Assembly: GCA_000002435.2 (NCBI GenBank)
Contig: CM018792.1
Length of the DNA: 64,000 bases
Reading direction: 5' to 3' (one strand)
Origin: Giardia intestinalis
Lineage: Eukaryota
Below the pieces are notes generated by a model. The model worked only from the letters and a program-made list of their open reading frames with translations. It had not been told where the DNA came from and searched no databases. A program made the translations under genes and the position numbers. Shown in pieces: positions 21,069 to 30,448 of this stretch (its first letter is position 1; each line of letters begins with the position of its first letter).

Positions 21069-22901
21069 ATGCCAGTCCAAGGACGGATGGTTGAATTTAT
21101 ACCAGACCGGCTTTATTATGCGACCATCACCGGATCCAGTTCCGATACAGCCGATACGCATTATTTTACCACAGACTCCACGCTAGTATACTATCCTTTT
21201 GAGCAGGACTTTGGCCCCTTGAACCTGGGACAGACCTATGTGTTTTTTGCGCAGCTATCCAACAAGTTAAAGGATCCTAACTTGAAAGCGAAGAAGATCG
21301 TCTATTATTCTAGCTCAAACTTTAGCCATCGGGCCAACTCAGTGACCCTGATAGGGTTATTCATGGTTTGCGTTCTGCAGAAGTCAGCAAAAGACATTGC
21401 AGATTTAATATCCAAGAATGTCCAACCGGCTCTGGTTCCGTTTCGCGACGCGTGCATGGGTCCGTGCTCGTACGGGATGACCGTGGCTGATTGCCTGTTT
21501 GCGATGGAGAAGGCGATGAGCAAGGGTCTCTTCAACCTCAACACCTTTAAGTATGATGACTACTACTTTTATTCTCAAGTGGAAAATGGTGATCTTACGT
21601 GGATGCTTCTCGATAAATTTGTCGCGTTTGCTGGACCGGTGTCCCAGTCTCATCCGTTCTTTCGCTATCACCCCTTCACTCCGGCGTCATACATACCGCT
21701 ATTCCAGTCTAGAAACATCACGGCAGTAATACGACTCAATGAGGCCTGCTACAATAGGACAGATTTCATCAAAGCAGGGATCCACCACTATGATTTGCCA
21801 TTTCCCGACGGGTCTTGTCCGCCCGACAAGATTATAAAGCAGTTTATTGAGATTACAGACAAAGAAACGGGAGGAGTTGCTGTCCACTGCAAGGCTGGGT
21901 TAGGGAGAACGGGGTCCCTCATTGCGCTTTATATGATGCAGAGATACGACTTCACTGGCCGCGAGATCATCGCATGGCTCCGCATTCTTCGCCCTGGGTC
22001 TATATTGGGTCAGCAACAGCAGTTCCTTATATCTATGGAGAGCAAGATCAAGGCGTACTATCGGCAGAAGGCCGCTGCGGCTCAGGAGGGGAGCGCGGCT
22101 GACCAGCACGACCAGGCTGTCACTATTCCCATATCTGCGAGTCCGTCTCGGGGTACTGCAGCGCACCCAGGTTTGGGATCCAGCAACATGACTGGAGCCT
22201 TGGCTAACACTACAAGCCCAGATAGGCATGCAGCAACGTCTCGCTCTGGCGCTTCTGGATCCAACCCCATGCATTCCCCATCTCGTAGCTCTCCAACAAG
22301 GGGAGTGGTGAACTCATCGCCGTCTAGACAGCCAGATATTGCGAGGACATCCGGAACAGATAGAGTTCGACAGAAGTTAGCTGACTATCTAAAGAATTCC
22401 CCTACACGCACAGCGAACACAAGGTCGTCAAACTACGATGGGGCAACATCCAAGTCCTCCTACCAAGGCGCGTTAACAACGGGAAGAGTAGGCTCATCAG
22501 TCCGCGCTATGACCCCAGGGACGGGAGCCCCTGGGAGCCCCATGAATCTAGGCGGTGGAATGTACCCGAGTAGCGTAAATAGGCCGGGCATAGCCTCTGG
22601 GCGTGGAGGAAGGCAAGGGGCATCTGGTACATATGGAAGCGTAACCAGGGTTCCACGCACAGGCAACATGCCGCGAACTCCTGGGGTTGGTGAGCGTAAA
22701 GAGGAGATGGTTTCATATGGCTTTGGAGCCAACGGAAGGGTGCATCCAGACGTAGTGCAGACCCCTAAAAGCCAGCTCGGTAGACATACGCCCTCACGCA
22801 GTACAACGTCGTCTGTCAACGTTAAGGGTGGACGAACAAATGAGCTACCAACTCTCAAGCCTGGGCGACAGGCTGTTCGTCCGGTAACGGAAATGTATTA
22901 A
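21069..22901 (+). CDS. CDC14: CDC14-type dual-specificity protein phosphatase with a long RG/S/T/P-rich C-terminal tail
   Basis: N-terminal Cdc14 domain (YYPFEQDFGPLNLG) and catalytic loop VHCKAGLGRTG. ATG at 21069, preceded by an AT-rich 310-bp intergenic region. Confidence 0.85.
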   Translation: MPVQGRMVEFIPDRLYYATITGSSSDTADTHYFTTDSTLVYYPFEQDFGPLNLGQTYVFFAQLSNKLKDPNLKAKKIVYYSSSNFSHRANSVTLIGLFMVCVLQKSAKDIADLISKNVQPALVPFRDACMGPCSYGMTVADCLFAMEKAMSKGLFNLNTFKYDDYYFYSQVENGDLTWMLLDKFVAFAGPVSQSHPFFRYHPFTPASYIPLFQSRNITAVIRLNEACYNRTDFIKAGIHHYDLPFPDGSCPPDKIIKQFIEITDKETGGVAVHCKAGLGRTGSLIALYMMQRYDFTGREIIAWLRILRPGSILGQQQQFLISMESKIKAYYRQKAAAAQEGSAADQHDQAVTIPISASPSRGTAAHPGLGSSNMTGALANTTSPDRHAATSRSGASGSNPMHSPSRSSPTRGVVNSSPSRQPDIARTSGTDRVRQKLADYLKNSPTRTANTRSSNYDGATSKSSYQGALTTGRVGSSVRAMTPGTGAPGSPMNLGGGMYPSSVNRPGIASGRGGRQGASGTYGSVTRVPRTGNMPRTPGVGERKEEMVSYGFGANGRVHPDVVQTPKSQLGRHTPSRSTTSSVNVKGGRTNELPTLKPGRQAVRPVTEMY

Positions 22902-23367
22902 TGCCTTGTTCATGTTGTAAATGCGCAGACACAATCTTTTCCCACTCTCCTCTTTCGACGGCCTTCGCTGCATCAAGGTTCAGTGGATGCTCAAGTCCTG
23001 GTTCCTCGACAACACACAAGATAGCCATCAGTAGACTAACCAGCGTATAGCTAGGCTCATAGTCGTCCCGCAGCAAGTTTAGACAAACGCGACCATCTGA
23101 TGATACATTTGGATGGAACATTCGTCGATAGCCACAGAGAAACCGTGGAGGAATCTGCGGCCATTTGTGCGGCACGTCTACCATGAACGTTAGTTGGCGC
23201 CCTAAATACGCTCCTTTGGAAACTTTCATGGTGACATAGAAGGTGTTAATGTAGCCGCTTGATGGCAAAGTCAAGATCACTCCTGCTTCTCTACTGAGTA
23301 AGTGCAACTCCCGTAACAAGCGCTCAGTGCGTGCTCCCTCCGACAGAAACTCTGCAGTTGGCTCCAT
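22855..23367 (-). CDS. ubiquitin-like conjugating enzyme E2, UBC12 (NEDD8-conjugating)-like
   Basis: UBC fold ending FHPNVSSDGRVCLNLLRDDYEPSYTLVSLLMAILCVVEEPGLEHPLNLDAA, which aligns with UBE2M [27 protein letters not shown]...EPNPEDPLNKEAA. Start set at the ATG at 23365-23367, immediately preceded by TTTTAAGTTTTTTC. An alternative upstream ATG at 23467-23469 would add 34 aa. 3' end overlaps the CDC14 3' end by 47 nt. Confidence 0.7.
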   Translation of the reverse strand: MEPTAEFLSEGARTERLLRELHLLSREAGVILTLPSSGYINTFYVTMKVSKGAYLGRQLTFMVDVPHKWPQIPPRFLCGYRRMFHPNVSSDGRVCLNLLRDDYEPSYTLVSLLMAILCVVEEPGLEHPLNLDAAKAVERGEWEKIVSAHLQHEQGINTFPLPDEQPVAQA

Positions 23368-23380
23368 GAAAAAACTTAAA
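23368..23380. promoter_or_regulatory. 13-bp AT-rich bidirectional initiator (AAAAAACTTAAAA) between divergent ATGs of the E2 and TTLL genes
   Basis: CATG at 23365-23368 gives the minus-strand ATG; AAAAAACTTAAA then ATG at 23381 gives the plus-strand ATG. Both ORFs have long open frames through this region, but only these ATGs have AT-rich initiators. Confidence 0.5.
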
Positions 23381-25705
23381 ATGTACTCCGCCAAACCAGC
23401 CAGCAAGTCTCCACGCCGTCTTATGCGACCGCTATCAGCAAACCTGGGTGTTGCCGTTTCGTATGACATGGTAGTGATAGGGCACGGGGCGGGAGGGCAG
23501 TCAAAGTCCCACTTTTCGCGGACAGCTTCCGATGTGAAAGCACGGAGTAATAGCTCGAAGCAGCAGAAGATCACAGTATCGAGACCAAACACTTCACAGG
23601 GGAGTCTTAAAACCGTTGCTAGAACACCATTACAACGACCTGCTCCTCGGCCACGATCGACCAATTTGGCCGTACGGCCGCTCTTGACCCAAAGCCTAGC
23701 ACATGATAGAATACGTGACAAAGCACATGACAATACGGTAGAGCCAAAACTCTCGTTACCAACAGCTAACGATCTGAGGATAGCAAGTCAGGTGCTCAAG
23801 CAAACCCCTCTTCTGCGGCCCAGCACAGCTACTACAATTTCTGCTATAATGGCTAGCAGGACTTTGAGAGCACGGGGCAAAGTAGACCTAACGCCACAAC
23901 TCACAACCAAGCAGAGTGTAATTACTCCTAGCCCCACCGACACACCCGCATGCTCGCCACTCCATGCATATTGCAATATAGAGCCCTGCAGCAGTATCCT
24001 CTCCACTTCTCCACCATCAGCAACTGAATCTAGATGTGGTGCAGATGCGCCGTCTTACAAGGGGATAGATGCTCTACTCCTGCAGTTGAAGAAGGAAGCT
24101 GTCACACCCACAGAGCTCCCAAGCTCACCTACGTCAGAGCTGCCATTGACACACACCGTTTGCGGGGGTGTGTCATCGGAAAACGTTAGGGCGGAGTTTA
24201 GATTTACTGACGTGGGCAACTCAGTGGATAGCTTGGGGGCTGATCTGATGTTAGTAGCAGAACAAACCAAGAGCGATACTGTTACAGATTCCAGCCTAAT
24301 TGAGATTCAACGTGTCAACACACCACAAGCGCGTTGTAAAACGCCGAGAAGTGCAGCAAGAAGATCTGTTAGCAATCGCCTGCACCTTATCAGGCAACCC
24401 GGCTCAACCAAGTCGGCATCTGATGAGACGCTGATTAACACGGAGGAGGTAGAAAGTGGGTATCAGCTCCTCCTTTTAGAGTGCCCAACCGACATTGTAA
24501 CTACTTTTCTGATAGGGCTCGACTGGTTCCATCGAGAAAAGTCTCTGGAGACCTTCATAGTAACAAGAGGACTGGATGTGTTGCCCCCAGTATTCACCCT
24601 TGTTCATAAGTCGCACTTCTATACCTATTCTGCAATACTAAAGTACGACTTCCGGGTCTTCTGGTCGTGGCGGACCAAACTGGATCGCGACTTTTATAGC
24701 GCCTTGCACCCAGACCAGTTGGTTAACCACTTTCCAAATATCACCAATATAACGCGTAAGGACATGCTTTGGAAGGGTTATCAGCTCTTACGTACCTGCA
24801 CGCCTGCCGCCTCCAAAGCTTTGCCGGAGACCTTTCTCTTGCCAGCAGACTACCCAAAGCTGAAGGCCTATGTTGCCGGAAAAGGAGAGATGCCCCCCAG
24901 CTTCAATAGGGATTCGCTCATTTTCATAGTAAAGCCTCTTGCTCTATCACGGGGTCGCCAAATACAGCTCTTCCGGGACCCATCGGAAATAGAATACAGT
25001 GTCCCGTCCTTGGCCCAGATTTACATTACCAACGCCATGCTGATAAACCGACGCAAGGTCGACTTTCGCCTCTATGTGGGCTTGTTCTTTAACGCTCAGG
25101 AACGCTCATATAGTGCGTTCTTGTTTAGAGATGGTATCGCACGCCTCTGTAGCAGAGAGTATGATATAAATAACATCCAGTGCCTCCGTGCTCATTTGAC
25201 CAACACAAGTATCAACGGTGAGCATGAAACAGCCTTCTTGAAGGCACGGATGCCGTACACAGACGCTCTATCAATTCTCTCTGTGACATACAATGTTGAT
25301 AAGGCCATCATGGAGGCCTTAATCAAGAGAGTTATCATTATCGGCATACTAACTGGCATAGTCGGCACTTCCAATATTGGAGGTATGCATCAGATGGAGG
25401 CCTGCTTCGAGCTTTTGGGCGCCGATATATTGCTGTCATATGATGCAAAGACAAGGGCACCCCATGCACACTTGCTGGAGTTTAATGCCAGCCCGTCTTT
25501 GGCCATTAACTGCCCTCTTGACAAGGAAGTCAAGCCCAAAATAGTCTCTGCCATGCTCTCGCTCGCCGTAGCCAACGCTAGTGGCTTCCTTTCAGAATTT
25601 GCAGAGGTTATCAAGGAGCAAGTTGACCCACTAATTCCAAGCAAGCAATATGAAGTGCTACGGACATCCATCAAAAGGGGGTCAGCTTCTGGTCTCATAA
25701 TTTAA
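23381..25705 (+). CDS. tubulin tyrosine ligase-like (TTLL) family protein with an S/T/P-rich N-terminal extension
   Basis: TTL core: NHFPNITNITRKDMLW, FIVKPLALSRGRQIQLF, ITNAMLINRRKVDFRLYVGLF, FLFRDGIARLCSREYD, HLTNTSINGEHE, FELLGADILLSYDAKTRAPHAHLLEFNASPSL. Track start was GTG at 23327; start chosen at ATG 23381 with an AT-rich initiator. Confidence 0.75.
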   Translation: MYSAKPASKSPRRLMRPLSANLGVAVSYDMVVIGHGAGGQSKSHFSRTASDVKARSNSSKQQKITVSRPNTSQGSLKTVARTPLQRPAPRPRSTNLAVRPLLTQSLAHDRIRDKAHDNTVEPKLSLPTANDLRIASQVLKQTPLLRPSTATTISAIMASRTLRARGKVDLTPQLTTKQSVITPSPTDTPACSPLHAYCNIEPCSSILSTSPPSATESRCGADAPSYKGIDALLLQLKKEAVTPTELPSSPTSELPLTHTVCGGVSSENVRAEFRFTDVGNSVDSLGADLMLVAEQTKSDTVTDSSLIEIQRVNTPQARCKTPRSAARRSVSNRLHLIRQPGSTKSASDETLINTEEVESGYQLLLLECPTDIVTTFLIGLDWFHREKSLETFIVTRGLDVLPPVFTLVHKSHFYTYSAILKYDFRVFWSWRTKLDRDFYSALHPDQLVNHFPNITNITRKDMLWKGYQLLRTCTPAASKALPETFLLPADYPKLKAYVAGKGEMPPSFNRDSLIFIVKPLALSRGRQIQLFRDPSEIEYSVPSLAQIYITNAMLINRRKVDFRLYVGLFFNAQERSYSAFLFRDGIARLCSREYDINNIQCLRAHLTNTSINGEHETAFLKARMPYTDALSILSVTYNVDKAIMEALIKRVIIIGILTGIVGTSNIGGMHQMEACFELLGADILLSYDAKTRAPHAHLLEFNASPSLAINCPLDKEVKPKIVSAMLSLAVANASGFLSEFAEVIKEQVDPLIPSKQYEVLRTSIKRGSASGLII

Positions 25706-26286
25706 CCGAGGCTTTGAATACTTACAACACCTTTGCTCATAGAGCCTGTCCCGTTGCAGTAGTTGATAATTTCCCCCATCAGGCTAAACAGCATGACTCT
25801 AGAACTCATTATGCTGCTCTCCGTCTGGCCTATTGATAAGTTTAGTGCCACCTCAGAAAGAGTAGTGTGTTCTATTCTGTAATCATGCGAACGACACAAA
25901 ACAGTTCTTAATGCAAGCGCGCGTCTCATCTGAACCTTCGTGAATGACTCCAGAGATGCCTCTATAGATCCACTGGCAAGAGCTTTTCCTTGCAATGTAT
26001 TCTCTTTAGCGCAATCCAGTAAACACAGCAATACCCTCAGTGCTTCAGGAGTATGGTCCAGGTCTGTGGGCGCTCGTGATAGAAGAAGGTCGCAGGCTGA
26101 GCTTTTGAGGCTTCTATCCACAAGGACAGCATCTTGAACGCCAAGGGGCCATATGCCAGTGAAACACCGGTAGCAGAGATTTTGCAACGAAAAGACAATA
26201 GAGGCTCGATGAAAGGATAGCTCAACTAGGCATGAGAGAAGATCTGCATTCATCTCTTGAATAGCCTCAGAGGCCACTACAAACAT
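25702..26286 (-). CDS. hypothetical protein; ORF is open to 26469 but has no ATG before 26284-26286
   Basis: Track ORF starts with TTG at 26469. Its first 61 codons contain no ATG. The stop overlaps the TTLL stop in a TTAA palindrome (25702-25705). Confidence 0.3.
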   Translation of the reverse strand: MFVVASEAIQEMNADLLSCLVELSFHRASIVFSLQNLCYRCFTGIWPLGVQDAVLVDRSLKSSACDLLLSRAPTDLDHTPEALRVLLCLLDCAKENTLQGKALASGSIEASLESFTKVQMRRALALRTVLCRSHDYRIEHTTLSEVALNLSIGQTESSIMSSRVMLFSLMGEIINYCNGTGSMSKGVVSIQSLG

Positions 26287-26483
26287 ATCGTATTCCCAGA
26301 GCGCAGGAGCAGAAAGACTAGACGCATCTACTACGGAACCCTCTATGGAGCAGCCCCGTTGCAGTTCCTGTGCAAGAAGAGATAGCCATTGCTTCACGCA
26401 TACCACACCTAGCGAACTGTCGCTGGACACAAGGAGCACTCTTGAGACGCTATTCCCCTCCACTACCAAAAGAAAATAAATAA

Positions 26484-27608
26484 ATGCAGCAGGATCTGCC
26501 TTCTATTGACCTTCCTCTTGTTCAGAGAATCAGGGATAGCAAGGCCATGCACCAGCAAGATACAGCTGCACTCCTAAACGCACTCCACGCCTTTCATGAC
26601 TACGCTGTTTCCTTTTCCATTGCTCCTCAGCCGTTATACATTGAGGATCTCCACTTAGAGCAGATATGGGAACAGATGGAGACTAACTATATGGGGCTAC
26701 CTGAGAAAGAAGAGGAAATGGAAGCAGGAGACGAAGAGACAGATAATATTGGCGGTTCAGACCTCGAAACAGTCGAGGAATTAGAAGAGGCAGACGACGA
26801 AGAAATGACATATTCCAGTGAACAGGAGGAAGACCTATGGCAAGAAAATATGACAGAAGCACAAGCACGCGCAATCGAGGCCGAAATCAGAGCAGCAGAC
26901 GACTATCAGGATGAGGAGGAATCGGAGGAAGAGGATGAAGAGAATGAAGACACCAAGCTTGCAGTTGATGGGCTAGATGACGAACTTTATGTCAAAGAAC
27001 CAAATATCAAGCAGACAGAACCTCGCAAGCCAGATGTTTATTCAGACTTTGAGCTGGCAAGGATGCGTCTGCAAGCAACAATAAAGAGGATAGAGGATGA
27101 CATGATGAACAGGCCCACATGGGACATGGCAGGAGAAATTTCTGCGCATCAGCGTCCGACAGATGCTCTACTTCGCAAGATAGATGACATAGATTTTGAT
27201 GTGAAGCAGCGGCCGCGAATCCAACTTTCTGAAGAGTTGAATGAAAACATTGAGAAGCTCATTAGCATTCGCTGTCGCGACGAACTCTTTGACGACCCCA
27301 TATACGTCAACGCAGATAGCAAGAAAGAACGGAGGGAAGTGGTAATAAGTGATGCACGAAGCCACAAGTCGCTTGGAGATGACATTAGGGACGCTGGTGT
27401 TGATAAGATCGGAGCACTCCGCGACGGAGAACTAGACAATGGGCCAGCTGCCATGGAAAAGGAGCGTCTCGGAGATGTATTGATCACTGGATCCAACGCA
27501 ACCAGCGACGCCATACGTGCAAAGGAAGACGAGTGCTACTCGTTCTTTGCAGAACTCGAGCGGGACCTGCACGCATACACAAGCTTTTATTCTACGGCCG
27601 TGAAATAG
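26484..27608 (+). CDS. Mpp10-like acidic nucleolar protein (U3 snoRNP / SSU processome component candidate)
   Basis: Long D/E-rich tracts, then RPTWDMAGEISAHQRPTDALLRKIDDIDFDVKQRPRIQLSEELNENIEKLISIRCRDELFDDP. This matches the Mpp10 signature W..GEv.A..RP.NSLLE..LdFe...RP.P.iT.E.t..LE.lIk.RI....FDDV. ATG at 26484 after AAAATAAATAA. Confidence 0.5.
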   Translation: MQQDLPSIDLPLVQRIRDSKAMHQQDTAALLNALHAFHDYAVSFSIAPQPLYIEDLHLEQIWEQMETNYMGLPEKEEEMEAGDEETDNIGGSDLETVEELEEADDEEMTYSSEQEEDLWQENMTEAQARAIEAEIRAADDYQDEEESEEEDEENEDTKLAVDGLDDELYVKEPNIKQTEPRKPDVYSDFELARMRLQATIKRIEDDMMNRPTWDMAGEISAHQRPTDALLRKIDDIDFDVKQRPRIQLSEELNENIEKLISIRCRDELFDDPIYVNADSKKERREVVISDARSHKSLGDDIRDAGVDKIGALRDGELDNGPAAMEKERLGDVLITGSNATSDAIRAKEDECYSFFAELERDLHAYTSFYSTAVK

Positions 27609-27625
27609 GGTTCCAAAATCCAAAA

Positions 27626-28663
27626 ATGTTTAACTACACTATTTATGAGCGCCCCATCACTCTCGCCATCTTCAAAGAGTGCGTGGGGGTGGGCGGAGAA
27701 GATATTATTCCGGTGCTTATGGAGCTGGAGCGTGCCAATATGCAAGGGAAGAGCCTAACCTCTCTTGATGGACTGGACATGTGTTCCCAGCTGAAGTGCG
27801 CAGATCTCTCCCACAATCTGATCTCGTCCATTGATCCTCTTGTTTTGGAGATCATACCAACTCTAGAAACTCTGAATCTTTCCCACAATAAACTGACCAA
27901 TAGTCTCGACCTGTCCTGCCTGCCGGAGCACCACAAGCTCAGACACTTGAATATTGCATTCAACCCTATCAAGGCCTTGGATGTGTCACGGCTCCCGCGC
28001 TCCTTAGAAATTCTCTGTGTTTCTGAGGGGCAGCTGGCAACTATCGACAAGGATGTCATCAAGAACCAGTGCCCTAACATAAAGGAAGTTATTCTAATTG
28101 AAGGGGAAGGCCACGAAGGTGTCCAGGTGGTGAATGCCATAGCAGAAAAGATCGAAAAGGACGCTGTACTAGGCACGGGCGTGGCCGCCGATACCGTGCG
28201 GTTTGATTCCGATCATAATATCATTGTGCCATCTACAAAGCAAAAAGCCTCAGCAGCAGCCGTGACAGCTAAAGCTCCCCTCAGCGGGTCACGAGGTCCG
28301 CCATCGAGATCATTAGGCGGCGTATCAGGGGCGGGCACCAGACAGAAAACAGTAACATCGACAGCAGGGGTGTCATCTGCCAAACCCAAGCCCGTATCTG
28401 CTGCCGGCCATGGAGCCGTGCGTGCAGGTTCACAACAGACAGCAGAGACCATTCCTGCAGCTCTGGACAATGCCGTGTCGAAGAAGGAAAAGACTGCTCA
28501 AGAGGCTCTTGACGGGCTCGAAGCAAAGCTTAACACTGCGCTGGACGTTGTAGATTCGATGGACCGGGAGTTTCTGCAGATAGAGGAGCTAGTAGAGGTT
28601 ACTCTCGAAAATTCTCGAAAACGGGAACTGGACCTCTTTGAGGCGCTGAGCAAAGCCAAATGA
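27626..28663 (+). CDS. leucine-rich repeat protein
   Basis: LxxLxLxxN repeats (LDGLDMCSQLKCADLSHNLISSI, LETLNLSHNKLTNSLDLSCL, LRHLNIAFNPIKALDVSRL). Track start was GTG at 27533; first ATG is at 27626 after CCAAAATCCAAAA. Confidence 0.65.
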   Translation: MFNYTIYERPITLAIFKECVGVGGEDIIPVLMELERANMQGKSLTSLDGLDMCSQLKCADLSHNLISSIDPLVLEIIPTLETLNLSHNKLTNSLDLSCLPEHHKLRHLNIAFNPIKALDVSRLPRSLEILCVSEGQLATIDKDVIKNQCPNIKEVILIEGEGHEGVQVVNAIAEKIEKDAVLGTGVAADTVRFDSDHNIIVPSTKQKASAAAVTAKAPLSGSRGPPSRSLGGVSGAGTRQKTVTSTAGVSSAKPKPVSAAGHGAVRAGSQQTAETIPAALDNAVSKKEKTAQEALDGLEAKLNTALDVVDSMDREFLQIEELVEVTLENSRKRELDLFEALSKAK

Positions 28664-28961
28664 ACTTTTCGTTAATGTACGTATTGGTGCGTCGACCTTT
28701 ACCACACCGATGAGAATATACTGCATCTATGTATGCTTACTCTTGGAACCAATATTCTCTCTATAATTATTTGAAAATGTCAATCTATTCTTCTTGTATC
28801 AAAGTGACCCCATCTCGTTCATCAAGTGACCGCTGTTTGCACTTATCTTGTCAGGGTTGCACCCTATCAGTCGCACTTCGTCTCCTAGATTTTCAAAGTG
28901 AATATCCTCGTGAAGTGCGCCATCAGTGAAGCGTGGCCTTGCTCTTTACGGGTGCGGATGT

Positions 28962-30374
28962 TTACTTCTCGCATCTGAGACCGTCTGCGGATGGCTTGTA
29001 GTCACCATAGCACTCACAGAAGCCCAGCTCCCCACTAAAGACCTCATGGGAGTGCTCTGGACACGTAGAGATGCAGCAATTTTTACCTGGGCTAATGTAG
29101 TTAAACCTTAAGAGGCAGGTAGTACAGACAGAGACGTCACCATCACAGGTCCGGCACCCTTCACCGCACAAGTTGCACATACCACTTTCCAGTCCATAGC
29201 CAGCCTTGCATATATTGCAAACTGACGAGCTGGAGGTGCATACTTCGCAGTTATCCACGGCACATCTTTCGCAGACGCCCTCTGCCAGGCGATAGCCCGA
29301 CACACACTTAACACATTCATCATTGCGGCCATAGCTGTGGCATCCCTCTAGTTCGGTCACGCAGCGGTTGGAGTAATGTATCTTATTCTTAGGGCAGGAG
29401 ACAACGCAGCTGGTCTGAGTTCTGTCCTCAGAGATCAGCAAGTAAAAACCACCGGCGCACTCAGTACAAAATGCAGCCATATCAGAAGTACCCGGGTGTG
29501 GTGGCAAACATACTTGACAGTTCGGCACACCTGCATATCCATCTCCTCCCTTGTCGCAGGAAACACAGTGACCAGATGCCTTCAAGAATCCGGCAAAGAA
29601 GCCCCTCGCACACGAAGTACACTCTTCATCTGTAAGGCATGTTTCACAGTTCCTGATGGGATTACACGGTACGCATGCGCCTTTGCCGTCGTGCATGTCG
29701 CGATCGAGGTAGTATCCGTCGTGGCAAACCTCACAGTTAGACATGCTGACTCCGCACTTGCGACAATTTATGTCCTCACAGGCCAAACACGTACCTTTAT
29801 ATGTTTCATAACCAGCAAGACAAGCTCCACAGTGTCCAATGTGCTCTACGGCAGAAGAGTCGGCACAGATCTTGTTCCCAGGAAAGCGGTTCTTCCGGTA
29901 GCATCCCCCGTTGTGGTAGAAGTACCCAGTCCCGCAAGTTTCACAGACTCCCTCGTAGCCGGTTGTCCCACAGCGGTTCCCCTGGGCCTTTTTGGTGCAG
30001 GATCCGTCAATCGGGAACTCCCCGTAGACAACGCACTTTCTGCAAAGCGCTGTGCCGTCAACATAAAAAACGTCTTCAGATTTGCAGATAAAATTACCTG
30101 GATCCTCTCCGACCCGGTAGCATCCACCCCGGTAGCTTAAATATGGCCCGGCACAAGAGTCACATGTCCCGTTTCCGAAGGAGTGACGGCATGTATTGTC
30201 TACATTTGTGGATAGGCACTGGCCATCGATTAGAAACTCTGTCATTGCTGTGCAAACAGAACAATAAACTTGGTCCAGGATGACGTCGCAGCTTAGTAGG
30301 AAGCAGTCACCGTCAAGGATTCCCTCTCTGCATGATGCCAGCGCACCGGCGAGGACAATCCAGACGAATATCAT
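28962..30374 (-). CDS. secreted high-cysteine protein (CXXC/GGCY-rich, no C-terminal TM)
   Basis: Signal peptide MIFVWIVLAGALASC, many CXXC motifs, and GGCY motifs (YRGGCYRVGEDPG, YHNGGCYRKNRFPG). Ends ...ADGLRCEK without a TM helix or CRGKA. ATG at 30372-30374 with an AT-rich initiator. Confidence 0.75.
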   Translation of the reverse strand: MIFVWIVLAGALASCREGILDGDCFLLSCDVILDQVYCSVCTAMTEFLIDGQCLSTNVDNTCRHSFGNGTCDSCAGPYLSYRGGCYRVGEDPGNFICKSEDVFYVDGTALCRKCVVYGEFPIDGSCTKKAQGNRCGTTGYEGVCETCGTGYFYHNGGCYRKNRFPGNKICADSSAVEHIGHCGACLAGYETYKGTCLACEDINCRKCGVSMSNCEVCHDGYYLDRDMHDGKGACVPCNPIRNCETCLTDEECTSCARGFFAGFLKASGHCVSCDKGGDGYAGVPNCQVCLPPHPGTSDMAAFCTECAGGFYLLISEDRTQTSCVVSCPKNKIHYSNRCVTELEGCHSYGRNDECVKCVSGYRLAEGVCERCAVDNCEVCTSSSSVCNICKAGYGLESGMCNLCGEGCRTCDGDVSVCTTCLLRFNYISPGKNCCISTCPEHSHEVFSGELGFCECYGDYKPSADGLRCEK

Positions 30375-30448
30375 AACTATAATTAATTTCCCACTTTCTC
30401 AACATGGCAATAGCTGTTGCCAAACTTTATGCAAAGCAATTTATTGAT

